NCBI GenBank assembly: GCA_965237955.1
Contig: OZ250169.1
Location: 6,976,001 to 7,040,000 of the forward strand
DNA: 64,000 nucleotides
Direction of reading: 5' to 3'
Source: Candidatus Marinacidobacterales bacterium
Lineage (GTDB): Bacteria > Acidobacteriota > Vicinamibacteria > Marinacidobacterales > SMYC01
In this document: piece after piece, positions 11,027 to 22,165 of the stretch
How the letters are laid out: each line of letters starts with the position of its first letter
Position numbering within the stretch: the first letter of the stretch is position 1
Translations under genes and position numbers: made by a program
Notes under the pieces: generated by a model
What the model saw: the letters and a program-made list of their open reading frames with translations, nothing else
What the model was told of the DNA's origin: nothing
The model's database searches: none

Positions 11027-12914
11027 CGCCCGACACGCGGTACTACATCTTCGATTTCGATAGTACGCTCGTTCAGAATCGCTTCCCGAGCTCGCGCGGG
11101 TCTCGCTGAAAAATCACCCGGAACGCGCCGAGCGGCTCCGAGAAGTCGAGCGCATCACCGAGCTCACCGCGACCGGCAAGATGTCGATGGCCGAAGGGCT
11201 TGCGCTTCGCATCGAGCTTCTGAACGGACACCAAAAACACCTCAAGAGTCTCGCGCGGGTCCTGAAGCGCTCGATCTCGCCGTCGGTCAAACGGAACAAA
11301 GCTTTCTTCAAGAAGTATCGCGATCACATCTACGTGCTCTCGAACGGGTTTCGCGAGTTCATCGTCCCCATCGCGGAAGGTCTGGGTCTTTCGAAAGATC
11401 ACGTCTTTGCGAACGGGTTCTTGCTCGACGCCGACGGCTACATAATAGGCTTCGACTCGCGCAGCCCGCTGATCCATCAGGATGGGAAAGCACGCGTCCT
11501 ACGCGAGCTCGGACTCGAGGGCGAGATCTACGTCATCGGTGACGGGTTCAGCGACATGAAGACGCGCGAAGCCGGTCTCGCCACGCGCTTTTACGCGTTC
11601 ACCGAGAACGCACGGCGCGAGCCGGTCGTAGAAGTCGCCGACCAGGTTCTTCCGAGCCTCGATGAGTTTCTATACCTGCACCAGTTCCCGATGTCGATTT
11701 CCTACCCTAAAACGCGTATCCGTACGCTGCTCCTGGAACGCATCCACGCCGCCGCCGAGGAGCATTTCGACAAAGAAGGGTATTCGGTCCGTTCGGTTCC
11801 CGAGAGCTCGAGCGAGGACGAGCTCATTAAAGAGCTCGACGGCGTCACGCTGTTGGGCATTCGATCAGGAACGAGAATCACCCGGCGCGTTCTCGAGGCC
11901 GCGGACAAGCTGAAAGGCATCGGCGCGTTTTGCATCGGCGTCAATCAGATCGACCTCGAAGCCTGTTCCGATCACGGGGTCATCGTCTTCAATGCCCCGT
12001 ATGCAAACACCCGGAGCGTCGTCGAGCTCGCCATCGGAGAGATCGTCATGCTCGCGCGGCGCGTGTTCGCGAAGTCGTCGAATCTCCACCGAGGGGTTTG
12101 GGATAAGTCCGCCGAAGGCTCGTTCGAAGTCCGGGGCAAGAAGCTCGGCATCGTCGGCTACGGGAACATCGGCTCGCAGTTGTCCGTCGTCGCCGAGGCG
12201 CTCGGTCTCGACGTCTACTACTACGATATCGTCGAAAAGCTTCCGCTTGGAAATGCCACGAAGTGCCCGTCGTTGAAGGACCTTTTGAAGCGGGCCGACA
12301 TCGTCAGTGTCCACGTGGACGGCCGCGCTCACAACGCTATTCTTTTCGGCGAGCGCGAGTTCCGCTCGATGAAAAAAGGTGCCCTGTTCTTGAATCTATC
12401 GCGCGGTTTCGTCGTCGAACAAAACGCGCTCGCCAAGGCTCTCGAAAGCGGGCGCGTCGGCGGCGCCGCTCTCGATGTCTTCCCGGTCGAGCCGGCTTCT
12501 AATGACGAACCCTTCGTGTCACCGCTCCAGGGTCTGGACAACGTCATCCTGACACCGCACATCGGCGGCAGCACCAAGGAAGCTCAGGAGAACATCGCCG
12601 AGTTCGTCGCGGGGGCGTTGATCTCCTTCGTTAATTCCGGAAACTCGTTCGGGAGCGTGAACTTTCCCGGCGTGCAGCTACCGGATCTCAGACGCGCGCA
12701 CCGCTTCATCCACATCCACAAGAACGAGCCCGGTGTGCTCGCCGCGATCAACCACGTCATGGCCGAGCACAAAATCAATATCCTCGGCCAGTACCTGAAG
12801 ACCAACGAGCGCATCGGCTACGTGATCACTGACGTAAGCAAGAAGTACCAGTCGCGCGTGATCGAAGAGCTCAAGGCAGTGCCCCGCACGATCAACTTCA
12901 GGGTGTTGTACTAG
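11023..12914 (+). CDS. serA: HAD (SerB-like) domain fused to D-3-phosphoglycerate dehydrogenase plus ACT; frameshift near 11078
   Basis: GTG 11023 gives YIFDFDSTL (HAD motif I); then GK...VIGDGFSD; AFCIGVNQ, NTRSVVE, GYGNIGSQ, TPHIGGST; C-terminal ACT HKNEPGVL. Confidence 0.9.
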
Positions 12915-13084
12915 GCGGCTGCCAGTTCACTACTAGTGTGATCGGAGCGCCCGCGCTAGAGACAACGGTTTTGATCAGAAACCGCTTACTTTGGACAGCG
13001 ACCTTTGATTCAAGCGACCCGACCACCACGAACTCGCCCGCCGAAACCGCTGTGCGGGAGCGCGTTCGAGTTTATTGACCCTAC

Positions 13085-13276
13085 GAGGTAACGCTCGCGG
13101 GCACGGCCGTCTTGGTGGCCGACAACCCCGACATCGCGGGAAACTTCCAGGCCGACGCGGATGAGATTGCCTCGAGCCTCCTCGCCTCTCGTCCGGTGAA
13201 GAAGATTTACCTGAGCGAGCTGGGCGCGGCGGCGACGACGAGCGCCATCTTCGAGGCCTTCGACGAAGGAGCCTCC
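13085..13276 (+). repeat. 192-bp direct repeat, copy 1 (orphan fragment of the C25 domain)
   Basis: Base-for-base identical to 20139-20330. Confidence 0.97.
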
Positions 13277-13320
13277 CAAAAGCGTTGCGGCCGCCAATAC
13301 CAACTGTGGCCCTCTTCCCT

Positions 13321-13452
13321 GTGGGAGGAAATTCCCAGGTTGGGGTATTCGCCCCCCGGTGGCGGTGTGTCGGTTCGTGTAAAGCACCGTAATTGCCTTT
13401 CCTGCAATGACTTGCCGGAGCTCCCTCTGTGCTGTCTGGCATCGCAATTGCA
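13321..13452 (+). promoter_or_regulatory. sigma54 promoter with upstream palindromic enhancer-like sites and an IHF-like site
   Basis: CTGGCATCGCAATTGCA (GG 13438-9, GC 13450-1, N10 spacing); GGAGGAAATTCCCAG and TTGGGGTATTCGCCCC upstream; CAATGACTTG near 13405. Confidence 0.78.
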
Positions 13453-13511
13453 ACGTACTGACCTGCGTGTGCCGTCCCCCGACCAATGGGAGAGATTCGA
13501 CATTGATAGAG

Positions 13512-16500
13512 ATGCAGCGATCGGGGAACTCCAACGCCAGACCGTGCGCCCATGGGCATGGGCTGGCCTCCATGGCATTCGCCGTCGCGGCGCTCGCTGT
13601 GACCTTTGTCTCCTCGGCCGAAGCCCAGACCTTCAGCTTCCGCAAGCAGATCACCGTCGACTTCAATCAAGTTTCGGGGCCGACCAACCATACCGACTTT
13701 CCGGTCCTGATCGACATCACCGGTGACTTGCAGCTCCGCACCGTGGCAAACGGAGGGAACGTCCAGAACGCCAACGGATACGACATCGTCTTTACCGACT
13801 CCAGTGGCACCGAGCTGGATTTCGAGATCGAACGCTACGACGGGTCGAACGGAGACCTTCGTGCCTGGGTACGCGTCCCGACTCTATCCGTCAGCGCCAA
13901 CACGATCCTCCATGTGAACTACGGCGACGCCAGCATCACCACCTCGCAGGAGTCCCCCTGCGGCGTCTTCGACAAGAACTACGTCGGTGCCTGGCACCTC
14001 GAAGAAAGCGGTAGCGGGGTAGCGAACGAATTCAAAGGCAGCTCGAACTACCAGGACCACGGCCAGGGTGGTGAGGGCGATCCTCTTTTCGTCCCGACTC
14101 GTGTCGGTGGAAAGATCGGCTTCGCTCAGGATTTCAATAACCTCGACGGGAAGTACGATTTAATTGACGTCGGAACCTGCCCCCGCCTCGACATCACCGG
14201 TGATCAAATCACCCTCCAAGCCTGGATCAAGCACAACATCGTACCGGCACCTTCCGTGTTCTACGGGATTCTGAATCATAAAGGCTTCAACCAAGGCTAT
14301 CGTATTGTGATTCCACAAAATGTGAACGCGATCCAGTTTCAACTTGGAACCGGCAAAAGCCTAGTCGGCAGCACCGTTACCCCCACAAATAACTGGACCC
14401 ACGTTGTCGCGACTTACGACGGCGCGACGATGAAAATCTATATCGATGGCGTCAAGGATCCGACCGAGCTGGCGACCACAGGCAACATTCCTACCGAATT
14501 TGATAATGCCACCTGGATCGGCCATGGGGACCAACCCAAAGACGTCCCGTGGAGCTACGAGTGGGAGGGTCAGATCGACGAGGTTCGCATCTCCAACATT
14601 GCGCGCGACGCCGGCTGGATCGCCACCGAATACAACAACCAAGAAACCCCTTCTACTTTTTACACGGTTGGCGGCGAAACACCCGGGCCGTTCGCCGTCG
14701 GCACGCTCACCATCAATTACCGCTCTATCGGTGCGAACTCCGGCATCCTCTATAACAGTGGCGACGCTCAGCTCCCCATCGGAACAACGGTGGTGGCCTT
14801 CGGAGGAGTTGCTGACTTGCCCACCACTATCGGGAGGGGCGATGAGCTCATTCTGAACCCGGGCGCCGGCCCGCTCGAAGAGACGCTCTACATCCTATCC
14901 CGCGACACCGCTACCCAGGTGAGGGTTCAGACGGCCGCGACGATAAACCACGTCCCACCGGTCCCCTACGAGATCCGGCGCGCCCACAACGTGCTCCAAA
15001 CTTGGGAAGACAACAGCGATGGCGACCTGGTGGGGCAGAACCGTCGCGAGGTGGGCATCCGTCTACGACGACGGACCTCTCCTTGCCGCCGCGTCGCCTA
15101 TGCTCCAGATCGAAGACTCCACCACCGACTGCACGCGCTACATGCACCTCACCGTGGCCCAGGGACACGGGCATTACGGCATCGAAGGAACCGGCGTTTA
15201 TCTGGACGGCGGCGGTAACACCAAGTTCGGCATTCGCATCCAGGACGACTACACCCGCGTCGATGGGCTGGAGTTACGACGCTTCCACGATCCCACCTCT
15301 GGAGGCGCAAGCGCTGTCCTCATGCAGAACGCGGACAATGTCCTCATCGAGCGTCTGCTGATTCACAATTTCTTCGAGCCCGCCCAAAGCGCTTACGGCA
15401 TCCGCGCCTCGACAACAGGCTCATCCACATCGGAGATCCGCAACACCATCATCCATAGCGGTGACCAGGCCGGGATCCAACTAAACGACCCCGATTCCTC
15501 GATGATTGTCGACAACTGCACGATCTATGGAATGGACTTCTTCGGTGTGAACGGTGCTTCCGGGAGCTTGGCGGTGCGGAACACCATCGCCATGGGTACC
15601 ACCGTCAACGACGATTTTGGTGGCACTCTGAAACAAGAGTACAACATGTCCGAGGACCTCACCGCCGCGGGCACCGGCTCCTTGACGGGCATGATTCCTG
15701 CCAACCAGTTCGTCTCCACGGCAGGACCCCTCGAGGATCTGCACTTGAAAGACAGCGCCGCCGATGCCGTGGACGCCGGAGCGGATTACTGCCGGCACTA
15801 CTCGCACGACATAGACCTTGAGTCGCGGTTCGGACTAACTTGGGACATCGGGGCCGATGAGTACTCGTCATCCGTTTTCTACCGTTCGATAGGTACCGCC
15901 ACCGATTACTCGGATGGAGACGTCGACGTTGTCAACGGCTCTCCCAACGTCATCGGCAACGGCACGCTCTGGAAGACCAATAATCGGGGGCGGGGCGACC
16001 TGTTCACGGTCAACGGGACGAACTACACCATCCTTTCCGTGGACTCGGAGACACAGCTCACACTCACCGCTCCGGTGACCGATCCCTCTGCCAACTATCC
16101 CGCCTACACCATTGCTCGGAAGTTCAAGGGTGCGGACCCTGTCCGAGATTGGGAGAAGTGCGTCGACGGCTCGGTCGTTGTCCTTCCCCAGTGTCACGAC
16201 GTGTCTAGCAACAGCCTCATTGCCGACAATCGCTCGGAATTCGGAATCCTCTACGACGATTCGACGTTTACTCTCACCAATAACTTGCTGATTCAAGGCT
16301 CCATCACCGACGCACAGCATACGATCACCTTGACCGACGACGACGGAAACCGCCACTACGGAATCGCGGGGGATGGAGTGGTGATCAACAACACCGACAC
16401 CGCAGATGCGATTCGTGCCTTGGACAATTACATCACCATCGAGTGGATCGAGCTGACGGGCGGCGGAGCCTCGGCGAGCGGCATCGAAGTCGACCCGCTT

Positions 16501-17523
16501 AATGCCACAAATAAGGTGATCCTCCGAAACAACCTCATTCACGATACACCGGGAGACGGTTTTCAGCTTCTCGATCCCAACCTAAATGTTGACGTCTACA
16601 ACAACATCATCTACAGGACTCGCAGAGGCATTCGCATCAGTGATCCCATCAACGGGCAGATCTTCAATAACACGTTATACGACAACAGCCATACGACGGA
16701 ACCGAGCGGCATCAACGGTGACCCGGTAAGTGCACCGTTTCCCAACGTGATCCTTCGCAACAACATCGTCCACTCGAACAACAACGCCGATATCGACGTG
16801 TCCGGCTTGAGCTCCGCGAGCAGCCACAACTTCACTAGCGACGGCACTGGAACCACGCACAGCCCGGCCGGTTTTGGCATGAACAGCGTGCCGCTTTCGG
16901 GCGCCGGTGGGATGAACTTCGTGGACGACGCCCTACCGGTCCTCGACCTTCACATTAAGAGCACCAGCGTGGCGAAGGACAAAGCCACCAACCTGAGTAC
17001 GGTATTCAAGTACGACATCGACGGAGGAGGACAGCAATCCCTCTGGGACATCGGTGCCGATGACCTCGCTGCCACCACCGCGGTGGAGCTGGTAGCTTTC
17101 GAAGGCCTCGGGCTCGATGGTGCGGTAGAGCTTCGGTGGGAGACGGCCTCCGAGCTGAACAATTTGGGTTTTCATCTCTACCGGGCGAGCTCCGAAGATG
17201 GCCCGTTCGAGCGCATCACGGCGAACGCGATTCCTGGACTGGGCAGCTCCCCGGTCGGAGCGCGCTATAGCTACCGTGACACGAACGTCGTCAACGGTGT
17301 GACGTACTTCTACGAGCTCGAAGACATCGAGACGACGGGGAAGACCGAGCTTCACGGGCCGGTCTCGGCGACGCCGGGGGCAGGAGCGCCAGAGGGAGAA
17401 GAGAGCGGGGCGGAAGGTGAAGCGGAGGAGCTTCCAGAGGAGACCGCCCGGATCGAGTATGGCGATCCTTCCGCCAATGGCTGGCGTGTGTTGAAGCAAG
17501 GCCGCCGGCAGGTAATTCATTGA
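13512..17523 (+). pseudogene. 5' part of a giant secreted protein (DUF2341, LamG, two beta-helix modules, TAVEL/Ig-like domain); frameshift near 15060; cut by IS200
   Basis: Signal peptide (..VSSAEA-Q); DUF2341-like FRKQITVD..DFPVL..YDIVFTD..EIERYD..AWVRVP; LamG WTHVVATYDG..YIDG..GQIDEVRIS; module YRSIG...DLHxK...WDIGAD present twice; TTAVELVAF..LRWETASELNNLGFHLYR. Confidence 0.8.
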
Positions 17524-18170
17524 GGTAAACCCCCGGCTCTGCCGGGGTGACTCCCAGAGGTTTGACCGTGTAAGGAAGTAGGAAAGAAAGTCCTCCTTGG
17601 AAAGCGCGAACTTCCAAACAAGGAGGACTACCAAGGTGAAAGAATACAAGAGCCTATCCCACACACGATGGGACTGCAAATATCACGTTGTGTTCATCCC
17701 GAAGTACCGAAGGAAGAAGATGTATGGTGCAATCAGAACGCATCTGGGAAAGATTCTCCACGAGCTGGCGAAACAAAAAGAGGCCTGGATTCTGGAGGGC
17801 CACTTGATGTCGGACCACGTCCACATGTGCATCAGCATCCCACCGAAGTTTGCGGGTGTCGAACGTGGTGGGGTTCATCAAAGGCAAGAGTGCGATCTCG
17901 GTGGCACGGAACTTCCGCGGACGCAGACGCAACTTCACCGGCGAAAGCTTCTGGGCACGCGGTTACTTCGTGTCGACCGTAGGCTTGGACGAAGAGATGG
18001 TCCGCAAGTACATTCCAAGATCAGGAGGACCAACGTCTGGACCAGCTGAATATGGACTGGTCGGGCTCGTAGTTGGGGAGCAAGATCGCCCCCTTTAGGG
18101 GGCTCATGGACAGCCCCTTCGAGGGGCTCTTATGAATAGGCCCCCGGCTTTGCCGGGGGTCACTTTAACT
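17518..18170 (+). mobile_element. IS200/IS605-family insertion sequence (tnpA only, ~650 bp)
   Basis: Subterminal hairpins CCCCGGC-TCT-GCCGGGG (17531-17547) and CCCCCGGC-TTT-GCCGGGGG (18141-18159); no target duplication; host frame reads ..RQVI | LE.KTKGFY.. across it. Confidence 0.92.
17636..18072 (+). CDS. tnpA: Y1 HUH transposase, with frameshifts near 17856 and 18016
   Basis: AGGAGG RBS; CKYHVVFIPKYR, DHVHM (HUH), VVGFIKGKSAI, FWARGYFVSTVG, RKYI (catalytic Tyr). Confidence 0.93.
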
Positions 18171-20738
18171 TTGGAGTCAAGACCAAGGGCTTCTACGCGA
18201 TACCGCAAGAAGACGGTACGGTGCGGCTCGAGATTCCGGGCTTTGTGGAGGCGGCCGAAGCGGGCCTGCCTTCGGTTCCTGTCAAGCGAGCCTGGGTGAA
18301 GGCGGTGGCGGGGCGAGACGTCCGCATCGCTTCGGTGCGTCCGAGCGACGTGGTGGCGTTTTCCTCGTTGAGACCTTCCGCTGCGGAGGCTCCGGAGGTG
18401 ATTGCAGACCAGTCGGGAGTGGTTCAGGCGGGCCGACGGCGGCAGAGATGGTTGAGGACACTCTTCCGTGGGGATGGCTTGTACCCCGAGGAGACGGCGC
18501 ATGTGGTGAGTGTGGCCTTTCAGGGCGAGGTGAAAAAGGCTCTGATGGAGCTGGCGCCCCTGCGCTGGGACCCTGGCTCGGGACAGCTTCTTCTAGCGCG
18601 GCGTCTGGTGGTGCGGCTTACGTTTGCCGGCCGCGTGCCGGATGAGCTCGGGCAGGGCGGCTCGCGGGGCCACCACCACAGGGAGCGCGGCCAGCCATCG
18701 AACTCGAGCCAATGTGGTAGTAGTGCGGTTTCTGGCGCGGGAGAAGGGAGTGTACGGGGTGAGGTTTGAGGACGTGTTCGGCTCGCGCCGGCGTGGGGTG
18801 CGGGTGTCCTCGCTGCGATTGAGCCGTCTCGGAGAGCCGGTGGGCTTCCACGTGGAGCCCGACAAGGGCCCGTTCGGCCCCGGCTCGACGCTGTACTTCG
18901 CGAGCGACGGCGCATCCTTGAATCCTTACGGGGACGCGGCGGTGTACGAGCTGGAGCGCGCGCGCGGCGGGGTGTTGATGCCGCTCGAGGAGGCATCGGC
19001 ATCGGGGACGGCGACGGAGTTTTACTGGCATCGAGCGGAGTGGGAGGAGAATCGTATTTACCAGGCCGCGATCTTGGATGCGCCCGACCTATGGACGTGG
19101 GACGCGCTTCTCGCTCCGGTGCTGAAGAGCTATCCGGTGGACGTGGACCAGCTCGCCCCCACCACCGAAGCGGCGCTTCTTACGCTGTGGCTGCAAGGGG
19201 TGAGCGACTTCGACGCCTCGCCGGACCACCATGTGCGGGTGTACCTCAATGGAAGCCAGGTGGCCGAGGAGTGGTGGGACGGCGGCAAGCCTTTGAAGGT
19301 GGCCGCCGAGCTCGCACCGGGGCTTTTGGTCGAGGGAGCCAATGAGCTTTCGATTGAGAACGTGGGGGAGACCGAGGCTGCTTACTCGTTCGTGCTTCTC
19401 GACCGCTATGCGGTGAGCTATCCACGGATGGCGGTGGCGGAACAAGGCTATTTGGAGGGGAGCTGGAGCACGTCGGGAGTGGCGGAGGTCTCCGCTCTTA
19501 GTGGCAAAGCGTACGTGGTGGACGTGACGGAAGAGCCGCCGCGCTGGTTGACGGGGGTCGAGCTCCTGGACGCAGAGCGGGCTCGCTTCGGGGTCCGAGC
19601 CGATCGGAGCTACCGGGTGGTGAGCGCGGAGGCGGCTTTGTCTCCGCAAGTGCTCAAACCTCTTCGCAGTCGCTTGAAGAGCAAGCGGAACCGGGCGGAC
19701 TACCTGGTCATCAGGCCGCAGGCGCTGCTCGCAGCAGCCAAACCTTTGCTCGAGCTCCGGCGCAGCCAGGGACTACGGACGAAGGCAGTCTCCATGGAAG
19801 AGATCTACTCGGAGTTTGGCTTCGGGGAGACGCGTCCGGAAGCGGTGAAGGAGTTCCTGTCCTACGCCTACCACCACTGGCGCTCGCCCTCGGTTCTCTA
19901 CGTGCTCTTGCTGGGCGATGCGACGTACGACTACAAAGACTACCTGGGCACCGGAGTCGCGAACCAAGTGCCGCCGCTCATGATGAAGACCACGTACATG
20001 TGGACCGCCTCCGACCCGGCGTACGCCGCGGTGAATGGGGACGATATTCTTCCCGACCTGGCCATCGGTCGTCTGCCGGCGGCCAATGTGGAAGAGGTGG
20101 AGCGATTGGTGGCGAAGATCCTGGCCTACGAGACGGGGGAGGTAACGCTCGCGGGCACGGCCGTCTTGGTGGCCGACAACCCCGACATCGCGGGAAACTT
20201 CCAGGCCGACGCGGATGAGATTGCCTCGAGCCTCCTCGCCTCTCGTCCGGTGAAGAAGATTTACCTGAGCGAGCTGGGCGCGGCGGCGACGACGAGCGCC
20301 ATCTTCGAGGCCTTCGACGAAGGAGCCTCCTTGGTGAGCTATGTGGGCCACGGAGGTATTGCCATATGGGCGTCGGAGAATCTCTTCAATATCTTCAATG
20401 TCAGCTCCCTGGCTCCGCAGTCACAGCAGCCGATCGTGCTGACCATGAACTGCCTGAACGGCTACTTCATCTTCCCCTACTTCAACTCGCTGTCGGAAGA
20501 GCTCCTGAAGGCGGAGGGCAAAGGTGCCATCGCGGCCTTTTCTCCAAGCGGCCTCAGCGTGAACGGGCCGGCGCATCTCTTCCACAAGGCACTGCTCAGC
20601 GAGCTGTCCAGCGACAGGCACGAGCGTCTCGGCGACGCGGTGCTGGCAGCTCAGACGACCTATGCGGACCGCGGCGCCTTCGTGGAGCTTCTGAGCATTT
20701 ATCACCTGCTCGGAGATCCTGCTCTGACGCTTCGGTAA
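18171..20738 (+). pseudogene. 3' part of the giant protein: propeptide-like region plus C25 (gingipain/PorU-like) cysteine peptidase; frameshifts near 18177 and 18690
   Basis: ADYLVI, IYSEFGFG, YVLLLGDATYDYKD, PDLAIGRLP, SYVGHG (His), MNCLNG (Cys), YHLLGDPAL. Confidence 0.88.
20139..20330 (+). repeat. 192-bp direct repeat, copy 2 (inside the C25 coding region)
   Basis: Identical to 13085-13276. Confidence 0.97.
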
Positions 20739-20739
20739 G

Positions 20740-20891
20740 GGAGCCGAGTCGTTCACGACACTTCCCGCGGGCGCCTCCCAGCGAACGGTTGGTTCGACGA
20801 AGGCGAAGTCGGCGGTCAGCTCCATGTCGCGGTCTTCGTCAGAGCCCGTCAACCATTTCGTGATCACATCGTTCTCGAAATGACTTGCCAT
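20740..20891 (-). pseudogene. Truncated DUF1353-like gene (N-terminal ~50 codons only)
   Basis: MASHFENDVITKWL..DRDMELTADFAFVEPTVRWEAPAGSVVND resembles DUF1353 N-termini; the similarity ends where the C25 gene ends. Confidence 0.55.
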
Positions 20892-20955
20892 AGACTCCCC
20901 CGTTAGCCGCGCGTTCGACATCGCCAAACTTACCCCTGATACTAAGTGAAAAGCG

Positions 20956-21378
20956 ATGAGCAAGACACTGCTGTACCGCTGGTTCGGATTCGGCCGGTTG
21001 CCGAAACCGATGATGCCGATCCTCGAGCAGAAGGGCATTGCGTTGTTGGAAGAAGGTATCGGACGGTCGATCACGTTCCGGAACTTTCGCGCACCCGGAA
21101 AACGCTACAGCTACCGCAAGAACTGGTTTACCGGCTCGCTTATCGTGACCGAGCTGCGCTTCGCCGGGTTCGCCTTCAGAAGACCCGTCATCAACGTCCC
21201 GCTCGAAGGCCCGTACCTGGACAAACTCGACTGCTCATTGGAGAAGGAGCACGCAGTTCTTCGCGTCGCCTTCGATTCGTCAGATTTTCACGAAGATTGG
21301 TCCGGTATGATCGAGTGCAGATTCCGAACACCGATGGCCCGACAGTTTCTGGAGCGAATTGGGGTATCGAGTCAGTGA
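20956..21378 (+). CDS. Hypothetical protein (140 aa)
   Basis: Protein-like composition, ATG start, fits between neighbouring genes. Confidence 0.75.
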   Translation: MSKTLLYRWFGFGRLPKPMMPILEQKGIALLEEGIGRSITFRNFRAPGKRYSYRKNWFTGSLIVTELRFAGFAFRRPVINVPLEGPYLDKLDCSLEKEHAVLRVAFDSSDFHEDWSGMIECRFRTPMARQFLERIGVSSQ

Positions 21379-21391
21379 TAGACTGCCGCGA

Positions 21392-22135
21392 ATGGAGCAG
21401 GGCGAGTACCGACGGCTCTACGAGCTCGAAGAGAACCTTTGGTGGTTCCGTGGGATGGAGCGGATCTCCATGGCCTTGCTCGATCGGTTCGTGGACTCGG
21501 AGAGAGAGCTCGATCTCCTCGATGCCGGGTGCGGCACCGGGGGCATGCTGTCCGCTCTCGCGCGCTACGGGACCGCGACCGGGCTCGACCGTTCACAGGA
21601 CGCGCTTCGATTTGCGCGCGAGCGCAACGACGGTTCTCTGACTCGAGGAAGCGTCGCGCGGCTACCGTTCGCGAACGATAGCTTCGATCTGGTGACGTCG
21701 TTCGATGTTCTCTATCACGTCGGCGTCAGCGACGACGTCGAAGCGCTCCGAGAGATTGCGCGCGTCATCCGTCCCGGTGGGACGCTTCTCGTTCGCGTCC
21801 CGGCGTTCGAGTCGCTCCGAAGCCAGCACGACGAGGCGGTCCACACGCGACAACGTTACGGGAAACAAGAGCTCACCGAAAAGCTTCGGAGCGCTAGGCT
21901 CGAGCCGGTGTTCGTTTCGTTTGCCAACTGTTTGTTGTTCCCCGTGGCCGTTTTACGGCGCGGAGCAGAGCGAGTGTTCGGCTCCGGGCGAGAAGGCTCT
22001 GAGGTGGAGGCAATAGGTCCCATCCTCAATAAGACGCTCTTGTTACCGCTTCGAATCGAAGCATGGTTACTGCGACGGACAGCGCTCCCGTTTGGGCTTT
22101 CGCTCGTTGCGGTCGCAAGGAAGCCCGGCGCATGA
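21392..22135 (+). CDS. Class I SAM-dependent methyltransferase
   Basis: LLDAGCGTG, LPFANDSFDLV, HDEAVHTRQRY. Confidence 0.9.
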   Translation: MEQGEYRRLYELEENLWWFRGMERISMALLDRFVDSERELDLLDAGCGTGGMLSALARYGTATGLDRSQDALRFARERNDGSLTRGSVARLPFANDSFDLVTSFDVLYHVGVSDDVEALREIARVIRPGGTLLVRVPAFESLRSQHDEAVHTRQRYGKQELTEKLRSARLEPVFVSFANCLLFPVAVLRRGAERVFGSGREGSEVEAIGPILNKTLLLPLRIEAWLLRRTALPFGLSLVAVARKPGA

Positions 22136-22165
22136 CGGATTTTAACGCGCTTCCTGCGCACTATC

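Noticed and set aside
13085-20330. 192-bp repeat as a diversity-generating retroelement TR/VR pair
   Set aside because: The copies are identical with no adenine-specific mismatches, and no reverse transcriptase is in the window.
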